This document shows positions 8,076 through 14,559 of a stretch of 17,347 nucleotides of DNA, in pieces. A program made the translations under genes and the position numbers. Every line of letters starts with the position of its first letter. Within the stretch, counting starts at the first letter, position 1. The notes beneath the pieces were generated by a model. It had not been told where the DNA came from. It did no database searches and worked only from the letters and a program-made list of their open reading frames with translations. This DNA comes from an uncultured delta proteobacterium (GTDB lineage: Bacteria; Desulfobacterota; Desulfuromonadia; Geobacterales; Pseudopelobacteraceae): the NCBI GenBank assembly GCA_963772835.1, contig CAVYYZ010000017.1:1-17347 (forward strand). Direction: 5' to 3'.

Positions 8076-9158
8076 CTAAAACACCGAAAACTTGATATAC
8101 TTCCGTGGATCTTCCTTGAAGTCTTTTACCAGCGCATCCAGGTCGTCGACCATTTTGTTCATTTTGTCATACAGCGCTTTGTCATTCACCAATTTTCCTG
8201 CGGTTCCGTCCCCACCCCGGACTTTTGCAGTTATTTCTTCGATTACCTTGACCGATGATTCTGCTCTCGTAAGGAGGGAGATGCCTCTGTCATAAAATTC
8301 ACGGTCGTTAAGGAGCAGACCAACAGTTCCTTCTTTTGACATAATTTTTTTATTCAGATCCCGAACTTCATCGGCAGCTTTGATACTCTTGTCGGCAAGT
8401 AATGTCAACTTGGAGTAGAGCGTCTTGTCATAGATTAACTTGTTGAGCGTCCCGTCAGAGGTTTGAATGTCCTGCAGTGTGCGGTCGGCACGGGTAAGGA
8501 TGCTGATCAGTTTATTATACGGCTCCGGATCGCGGTTGAGCCTGCCAAGGGTGCCTTCACCGCGGTTTATGGTGACGACCAGTTCTTTCATTTCGATGGC
8601 AAGCCGCGCGACATTACTATAGAGCGTCTCGTCCTTGTTCAGTTTTCCAAGTGTCCCCTTCCCTTTATCGATGTTATCTATGATGCCGTTGACCCTGTCA
8701 AAGGCGTCTCCGGCCTTTTGAATGACGTCATCCAGTTTGGCTGCTGCTGACCCCTGCAGTACCGCAGGAGGGGTGTCGGAGTACTGTTTTGAAGGGAGTA
8801 TGTCGACATATTTTTCACCCATCAGCCCGCGTGTTTTGATTGTAACTTTCGAGTCGGTGCCTATTTTTTTCATGGCATCGATATCAACGTCGATATCAAT
8901 GCTGACCTCGTTACTGTTTTTGGGATCTGCAAACAGAATGTCGGTCACCAGGCCAACGTCCACCCCTGCAAGCCAGACCGGAGCGCCGACTTTCAGACCG
9001 ACGACATCACTCATGACGACTCGCATGGTTTTCTTATTGACAAACATTTTGGTTTTTTGTCCCATCAGCAGGACACCGCCGGCAAAAAAGACCAGAGCCA
9101 GAAAGATGAAAACACCTCCCCGCACCTGAGCCCAACCGATCTGATTGCTTCGCTTCAT
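8076..9158 (-). CDS. MCE/MlaD family protein with long helical C-terminal repeat region
   Basis: N-terminal TM helix, MCE motifs GLKVGAPVWLAGVDVGLV and GLMGEKYVDI, followed by five G-T-x-G/N-x-L repeats. Confidence 0.93.
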   Translation of the reverse strand: MKRSNQIGWAQVRGGVFIFLALVFFAGGVLLMGQKTKMFVNKKTMRVVMSDVVGLKVGAPVWLAGVDVGLVTDILFADPKNSNEVSIDIDVDIDAMKKIGTDSKVTIKTRGLMGEKYVDILPSKQYSDTPPAVLQGSAAAKLDDVIQKAGDAFDRVNGIIDNIDKGKGTLGKLNKDETLYSNVARLAIEMKELVVTINRGEGTLGRLNRDPEPYNKLISILTRADRTLQDIQTSDGTLNKLIYDKTLYSKLTLLADKSIKAADEVRDLNKKIMSKEGTVGLLLNDREFYDRGISLLTRAESSVKVIEEITAKVRGGDGTAGKLVNDKALYDKMNKMVDDLDALVKDFKEDPRKYIKFSVF

Positions 9159-9203
9159 ATCAATGCCACCTGTTCCAGTCGTTTTCTTCTGTTGACCTGA
9201 CTA

Positions 9204-9956
9204 TCATATAAACAGCGACCGGTCCGTCGGGTTCAGAAATTCACGAACCTCCGGGATGCTGCTGGCCTTCATGTCTTCTTCATTCCCCTCGAACAGCATG
9301 CGCGCATCATGCAGAAAGGTAAACCGCTGTGACGTTGCAAAAGCGGTGACAAGATCATGGGTTACCATCAGAGTTGTCTTACCCTCGGCCTGGAGTCGCT
9401 GCATCAGGTTGCAGATATTATACACACCGATCGGGTCAAGTCCGGTGGTCGGCTCGTCAAAAAAGATGTAATCCGGTTCGGCTGCAAGGGCACGGGCGAT
9501 AGCGACCCGTTTCTTCATGCCGCCCGAAAGTTCAGCCGGATACAGGTTAAGGGCCGCTTCCACTCCTACGAAACTGAGCTTTTCGCATACGATCTTCGTT
9601 ATTTCGGCCTGAGAAAGCCGCCCCTCCTCGAACAGGCGATAGCCGACATTCTCTCCAACGGTCATCGAATCAAACAGTGCGCCCCCTTGAAATACAATCG
9701 CAATTCGCTTGCGCTGCTGCATAAAGTCAACTTCCGGCATTCCGGTGATACAGAGATCGCCGATAAAGACCTTGCCGGAATCAGGATCGAGAAGACCGAG
9801 CAGCAACTTGAGAATGGTTGTTTTCCCGGCGCCGCTGACCCCCAGAATCGTGCGGTTGACGCCACGCTCAAGATGAAAGTCAAAATCTTCCAGAATCTTG
9901 CGCCCACCGACTGAATAACACAATTTTTCTATGCGGATTGAGTCGCTTGAGATCAT
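9204..9956 (-). CDS. mlaF: ABC transporter ATP-binding protein, MlaF/Mkl family
   Basis: Walker A GVSGAGKT, VFQGGALFDSMTVGENV, signature [15 protein letters not shown], Walker B FFDEPTTGLDP, H-loop VTHD. Start at 9956 forms an ATGA overlap with the EVE gene stop. Confidence 0.92.
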   Translation of the reverse strand: MISSDSIRIEKLCYSVGGRKILEDFDFHLERGVNRTILGVSGAGKTTILKLLLGLLDPDSGKVFIGDLCITGMPEVDFMQQRKRIAIVFQGGALFDSMTVGENVGYRLFEEGRLSQAEITKIVCEKLSFVGVEAALNLYPAELSGGMKKRVAIARALAAEPDYIFFDEPTTGLDPIGVYNICNLMQRLQAEGKTTLMVTHDLVTAFATSQRFTFLHDARMLFEGNEEDMKASSIPEVREFLNPTDRSLFI

Positions 9957-10435
9957 TGATCTTTCATTCCCTGCATACACCCTCCCATGATCAGTATAAT
10001 CTGCCACTCCTGCTCCGTTACCGGCTGAATCGAGAGACGGCTCCGCTTGACCAGCGGCATGTCCGTCAGCAGCGGGTTTTGCTTAATGCTCCCCAGGGTC
10101 ACAATCCGTGACAGCGGCGTAACGTGTCGGAGATCAACCTGATACCAGATCGGATTGTCAGCAGAAGCCTTGGGGTCGAAATGTCCGGCGTTCGGGTTCA
10201 GAGCTGTTATGTCGGGATAGCCTGCCCGCACTATCTCTGCCAGACCTACCACCGCCGGTTCCGGAATGTTGCTGTGATAAAACAGTACCTGATCGCCGAC
10301 CCTGACCTGATCCCGCAGAAAATTACGAGCCTGGTAATTGCGGACACCATCCCATGGTTCTGTCATGCCGGGACGATTTTTCAGATCATCGAAGGAAAAA
10401 CAGCCCGGTTCGGTTTTGAAAAGCCAGTACGCCAT
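9953..10435 (-). CDS. EVE domain-containing protein (PUA superfamily)
   Basis: Hallmark motifs YWLFKTEP, WDGVRNYQARNFLR, GDQVLFYHS, FDPKA, and SRLSIQPVT..EW. Confidence 0.95.
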   Translation of the reverse strand: MAYWLFKTEPGCFSFDDLKNRPGMTEPWDGVRNYQARNFLRDQVRVGDQVLFYHSNIPEPAVVGLAEIVRAGYPDITALNPNAGHFDPKASADNPIWYQVDLRHVTPLSRIVTLGSIKQNPLLTDMPLVKRSRLSIQPVTEQEWQIILIMGGCMQGMKDQ

Positions 10436-10436
10436 A

Positions 10437-11210
10437 TTATCCTCTGAAAACGACGAAAACCTTCGCCAGGAAGAAATCGCAGACCAGTATTAAAACAGAA
10501 GAAAGCACCACGGCCTGCTTTGCTGCAGCGCCGACCCCCGCGGCACCGCCCTTTGTACGGAGGCCCACGTAACAGGCGGTTATGGCAACAATAGCGCCGA
10601 ACACCGCCGGTTTCACCACTCCCTCGACCAGATCCTGAAATACCATGAATTGCGGGAGCCCGCTGATGTACATGACCGGGTTGATGTTATACCCGGCCGA
10701 CATGATATACCCACCAAAAACTGAGACCATGTCAGTCACTACTGTCAGGAGCGGGAGCGCCAGAACCATTGCTTTGAGCCGCGGAACTACCAGGCGTTTG
10801 ATAATATCCGTGCCTTCCACCCGCATGGCGTCAACCTGCTCCGTCACGACCATCGTACCCAGTTCAGCGGTAATGGCCGATCCCACGCGGCCGGCAACCA
10901 TCAAAGCGGCCAACACCGGACCAAGTTCCTTGATCATCGTCACCGCCACCATGCCGCCGACATAACTGGTTGCTGCGAATGGCTTGAGCTGGATAAGCGA
11001 CTGAAGCGCCATGACCATACCTGAAAAAAGTCCGGTCAGCACGCAGATGAAAAGTGAAGAGAACCCCAATTTATCGAACTGGATAGTGAATTCACGATAA
11101 TAGAAGGGGCGCCGGAAGATTCTCGCAACGGCACGCCCGGCCAGAGCAAAATAATTCTGGAGCCCGTGAAAAAAAATCAGGAGCACTCTGTCAATAACCG
11201 CTGCATTCAT
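10437..11210 (-). CDS. mlaE: ABC transporter permease, MlaE family
   Basis: KELGPVLAALMVAGRVGSAITAELGTMVVTEQVDAM and GAAGVGAAAKQAVV motifs; multiple TM helices. Confidence 0.94.
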   Translation of the reverse strand: MNAAVIDRVLLIFFHGLQNYFALAGRAVARIFRRPFYYREFTIQFDKLGFSSLFICVLTGLFSGMVMALQSLIQLKPFAATSYVGGMVAVTMIKELGPVLAALMVAGRVGSAITAELGTMVVTEQVDAMRVEGTDIIKRLVVPRLKAMVLALPLLTVVTDMVSVFGGYIMSAGYNINPVMYISGLPQFMVFQDLVEGVVKPAVFGAIVAITACYVGLRTKGGAAGVGAAAKQAVVLSSVLILVCDFFLAKVFVVFRG

Positions 11211-11216
11211 AAGTAG

Positions 11217-13532
11217 CTAGAGCGCCGCAGCTAATGCTTCAGACGCTTCACGTACGAAGATGAACTGCAGTTCGTTGCGGACGTTATCCGGGATGTCCTC
11301 AAGGTCATCACGGTTGCGCTCCGGAGCTATGACTGTATCGACACCCGCCCGATGGGCTGCCAGCACCTTTTCCTTCAAGCCGCCAATTGCGAGCACCCGG
11401 CCGGTCAGCGTGATTTCTCCGGTCATGGCGACATTTCTTCGCGCCGGTTTTCCTGTCAGGAGCGAGACCAGCGCAGTAACCATGGTGACCCCCGCTGAAG
11501 GACCATCCTTAGGAATTGCCCCGGAAGGAACATGAATGTGAATGATTCGATTTTCAAACGCTTCCGGTTTGATTCCGAAATCGTCGGCATGTGCCTCAAT
11601 GTAGGAGAGCGCAGCCCGGGCAGATTCCTTCATCACATCGCCCAGCGAGCCGGTCAGGATCAGCTCTGATTTGCCAGGCATGGAGGTTACTTCGATAAAG
11701 AGGATATCTCCTCCGGTCTCAGTCCAGGCTAACCCTGTCACCACGCCGATGCGGTCATTTTCGGCTGCCACCTCATTGTGAAATTTTTTCGGGCCAAGCA
11801 GTTCAGATACGATCTCAGCGGTGATACCGCTTCGTGTGGCCTTTTGCTGGGTAATTTCCTTTGCTATTTTACGGCATATCGAGGCGATCGTGCGCTGCAT
11901 ACCCCGCACACCGGCCTCACGGGTGTAATCACTGATAACGCTCTCCAGTGCCTCATCGTTGAAGGAAAGTCCCCTGCCGGTAAGACCGTTTTCCTCCAAC
12001 TCACGTGCGACAATGAAATTTTTGGCGATATGCAGCTTTTCCTGGCTGCTGTAGCCGGCGAGACGGATGACTTCCATACGATCTTTGAGCGGCCCGGGTA
12101 TCGGGTCAAGCTGGTTGGCTGTGGTTATGAACATGACTTTTGACAGGTCAAACGCAACGTCAAGGTAGTGGTCGTTGAAGCTGAAGTTCTGCTCAGGATC
12201 AAGCACCTCCAGGAGAGCGCTGGCAGGATCACCGCGGAAGTCATTGCCCAGCTTGTCAATTTCATCCAGCATGAAGATCGGGTTATTGACACCGCAGCGA
12301 TAGAGCTCTTTGATAATTCGACCCGGGAGTGCTCCGATATAGGTGCGTCGGTGCCCGCGAATTTCTGCTTCGTCCCGCACGCCTCCCAGAGAGATGCGTA
12401 CAAATTTACGACCCATTGAGCGGGCAATCGACTTGCCCAGGGAGGTCTTTCCGACACCCGGCGGCCCGACAAAACAGAGCACCGGGCCTTTCATGTTTTC
12501 CTTGAGCGAGCGCACGGCTAAAAATTCCAGAATACGCTCTTTAACCTTTTTTAAGTTGTAGTGATCTTCGTCGAGAATCTCCTCGGCCCGTGTCATGTCA
12601 AGGCTGTCTGTTGTGCCGGTGTTCCACGGCATTCCGGCCAGATAATCGAGATACGTGCGTGCTACGTTGTATTCCGGTGATGCCTGGTTGATTCGCTCCA
12701 GTCGCTTCAGCTCTTTATCGGCTATTTTTTTGATTTCATCCGGAAGTCCGGCTTCTTCGATTTTCCGGCGCAGTTCGTTCATATCTGACGAACGAGGATC
12801 TTCGTCACCCAACTCTTCCTGAATGTGTTTCATCTGTTCGCGGAGAATATATTCTTTCTGGTTCTTGCCAACCCGCTTGGTGACTTCGCCGGCGACCTCG
12901 TTTTTAACCTGCATCCGCTGCACTTCGTTGGTCAGGTGGACGTAGACCTTTTTCAGGCGTTCCAGGGGATCGGTCGTCTCCAGCAGTTCCTGAAGATCGA
13001 CGGCCGGCAGGTTAACATACAGTGCTACAAGATCGGACAACCGGGCCGGATTATCGATGTAGTCGATCATTTTCATGACATCGTCAGGCAATGGTTTCCC
13101 GTGCGAAAGAGCTATTTTTAAAAGGGCATTCAGACTCTGAACCAGCGCTTCTGATGCAAGATTTTTTTCAACGAACTCCCGTACAATTTCGCAATGAGCA
13201 AGGGTCACCACCCCGGACGGTTCGGTGTCCAGAATTTTCAGACGCGTAACTCCTTCCAGAGAAACTTTAGAGCGGCCGTCATCCAGATTATTAATCTGAA
13301 TGACCTTGCAGAGTGTTGCAATCTCGCACCTGCCTCCGGGAATCTCGCTTATCGGGTTATCCGGACGCTCGAATGCGAGCACAACATATTTTTCATAGGA
13401 ATCCGCCGCCCGGAAAACAGCTGTGTCTTTTTCGCTGACATACAAAGGAAACAGCATATAGGGAAATACAACAATTTCCTTTTGAGTATATAGCGGCAAT
13501 CTTGAAGGTATTTCGATAGTAGTGTGCGGCAT
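11217..13532 (-). CDS. lon: ATP-dependent protease La (LonA)
   Basis: N-terminal LON domain, Walker A GPPGVGKT, GHRRTYIGALPG, Walker B MLDEIDK, catalytic Ser in PKDGPSAG and Lys in GGLKEK. AAAAGGA RBS 9 nt upstream. Confidence 0.97.
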   Translation of the reverse strand: MPHTTIEIPSRLPLYTQKEIVVFPYMLFPLYVSEKDTAVFRAADSYEKYVVLAFERPDNPISEIPGGRCEIATLCKVIQINNLDDGRSKVSLEGVTRLKILDTEPSGVVTLAHCEIVREFVEKNLASEALVQSLNALLKIALSHGKPLPDDVMKMIDYIDNPARLSDLVALYVNLPAVDLQELLETTDPLERLKKVYVHLTNEVQRMQVKNEVAGEVTKRVGKNQKEYILREQMKHIQEELGDEDPRSSDMNELRRKIEEAGLPDEIKKIADKELKRLERINQASPEYNVARTYLDYLAGMPWNTGTTDSLDMTRAEEILDEDHYNLKKVKERILEFLAVRSLKENMKGPVLCFVGPPGVGKTSLGKSIARSMGRKFVRISLGGVRDEAEIRGHRRTYIGALPGRIIKELYRCGVNNPIFMLDEIDKLGNDFRGDPASALLEVLDPEQNFSFNDHYLDVAFDLSKVMFITTANQLDPIPGPLKDRMEVIRLAGYSSQEKLHIAKNFIVARELEENGLTGRGLSFNDEALESVISDYTREAGVRGMQRTIASICRKIAKEITQQKATRSGITAEIVSELLGPKKFHNEVAAENDRIGVVTGLAWTETGGDILFIEVTSMPGKSELILTGSLGDVMKESARAALSYIEAHADDFGIKPEAFENRIIHIHVPSGAIPKDGPSAGVTMVTALVSLLTGKPARRNVAMTGEITLTGRVLAIGGLKEKVLAAHRAGVDTVIAPERNRDDLEDIPDNVRNELQFIFVREASEALAAAL

Positions 13533-13601
13533 CTTCTGATGTCCTTTTCATATGTTGTTTATAACGTGATATACGGCAGCAGGCAGAAATACACAGGGTG
13601 G

Positions 13602-13629
13602 ATTATAGCATACTTCAGGTTACACGCAA
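13602..13629 (-). promoter_or_regulatory. sigma70-type promoter for the lon-mla-M16 operon
   Basis: On the - strand: TTGCGT, 16-bp spacer ending TG-c, perfect TATAAT (extended -10), about 70 nt upstream of the lon ATG. Confidence 0.75.
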
Positions 13630-13633
13630 AGCC

Positions 13634-14224
13634 TCAGACAGGCTTTCCGTCCCGGACGGATACGTTCACAATCCGCACCCCTGCAGAAGGGCCCGCCAGT
13701 TCGTGATAGAGCAGGGAGAGGAAACGTACCGTCACCAGACGGTGTATTGCGGCCTGGGTAACGCGGTAGAGCCAAAAGCGGACACGTGACGGAGAACGGC
13801 TGCCAAGAATCAAAGGGCAGAAGTCACTGAGCTGGAGCGAAACACGTACGGCTTTCGGGAACGGTTCCACCCCGAATCGGAGTTCTCCCCGATCACACTG
13901 GTGAGACTGCACTAAAAAACCGCCGCATATGCGTAACGTCGCGAAGCAGTCCGAGTAAACCGGCGGCAAAAAACTTATCAGACTTTGTTTCGTCCCAATG
14001 AAACGGAATTCAATACCCCCTTCTAAAAAAACGGGACGTATCAGTGTAAAAGTACATTTTTCAATATACCCCGTATAGCGGATAAGAAGCTCTTTTGCTG
14101 ATAGCTCCTCTGCGAGCGAGGCGGGAAGATCGGCCCACTGTACGGAAAAAACCGAAGCGTCTTCAACGATTACCTGCTGGCAGGCTATTTCCAGAAAAGA
14201 AGTGTGTCGCGGCATAGTAGTCAT
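13634..14224 (-). CDS. hypothetical protein (about 196 aa), possibly a stand-alone version of a domain found at the C-terminus of some NAD(P)-binding proteins
   Basis: Fills the gap between lon and the divergent promoter region with protein-like composition. Motif series SVQW..LP / GGFLV / RGELRF / SDFCP / WLYRVTQAAIHRLVTVRF. The start is ATG 14224 or 14215; the TTG at 14284 overlaps the divergent promoter. Confidence 0.7.
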   Translation of the reverse strand: MTTMPRHTSFLEIACQQVIVEDASVFSVQWADLPASLAEELSAKELLIRYTGYIEKCTFTLIRPVFLEGGIEFRFIGTKQSLISFLPPVYSDCFATLRICGGFLVQSHQCDRGELRFGVEPFPKAVRVSLQLSDFCPLILGSRSPSRVRFWLYRVTQAAIHRLVTVRFLSLLYHELAGPSAGVRIVNVSVRDGKPV

Positions 14225-14277
14225 TCTGCCATCTGCATCAGATAATGCAATCAAATAACGCTCTTTGAATTTCTCTC

Positions 14278-14305
14278 TTGACAAGTTTCAAAATAGTATT
14301 AAGAT
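14278..14305 (+). promoter_or_regulatory. sigma70-type promoter for the small ORF
   Basis: TTGACA (14278-14283), 16-bp AT-rich spacer, TAAGAT (14300-14305). Confidence 0.65.
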
Positions 14306-14356
14306 AAAATCAATCCTGTTAGGAATTAGGTAATAAATCGAAAGGAGACCCTGCCA

Positions 14357-14419
14357 ATGTGGACTGCAAGATTTAGGATTCGTCCGGTTTCCCACTGCAA
14401 AGAGGGTTGCCCTCTTTAG
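14357..14419 (+). CDS. unannotated 20-aa small peptide MWTARFRIRPVSHCKEGCPL
   Basis: Strong RBS AAAGGAG (14341-14347) 9 nt before ATG 14357, TAG at 14417-14419, with its own upstream promoter and downstream terminator. Confidence 0.7.
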   Translation: MWTARFRIRPVSHCKEGCPL

Positions 14420-14456
14420 CCCGCCACCGACGGTTGCGGGCGCCCGGAAAAAAATG

Positions 14457-14488
14457 ACCCTCTGTCGTCAGACAGGGGGTTTTTTTTT
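14457..14488 (+). terminator. intrinsic (rho-independent) terminator, possibly bidirectional
   Basis: Stem ACCCTCTGTC / GACAGGGGGT (10 bp, one G-U) with a GTCA loop, a T run at 14480-14488, and an A run at 14448-14454. Confidence 0.88.
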
Positions 14489-14515
14489 GTCGCGGCGCCT
14501 GTTATCTGTTATGAT
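14487..14515 (+). promoter_or_regulatory. putative sigma70 promoter of the ABC exporter operon
   Basis: TTGTCG (14487-14492), 17-bp spacer, extended -10 TG-t-TATGAT (14507-14515), 44 nt upstream of GTG 14560. Confidence 0.55.
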
Positions 14516-14559
14516 CACCGCCAAAAGTCCCAACCACCAAGGCATAGAGAGAGATTAGA

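Noticed and set aside
9957..10007. Extended start of the MlaF-like ATPase
   Set aside because: It overlaps the EVE gene; the ATGA coupling at 9953-9956 marks the likely real start.
13533..13633. Heat-shock control elements (CIRCE or sigma32 promoter) upstream of lon
   Set aside because: No TTAGCACTC-N9-GAGTGCTAA or CTTGAA/CCCCAT pattern was seen; only a sigma70-like promoter.
14417..14441. UAG followed by a hairpin as a pyrrolysine or selenocysteine recoding signal
   Set aside because: Selenocysteine uses UGA, no pyl genes are in the window, and readthrough would run straight into the terminator.
14306..14488. Known metabolite riboswitch (c-di-GMP, SAM, TPP, cobalamin, fluoride) in the exporter leader
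   Set aside because: No conserved aptamer core was recognised by eye; an Rfam/Infernal search would be needed to exclude this fully.
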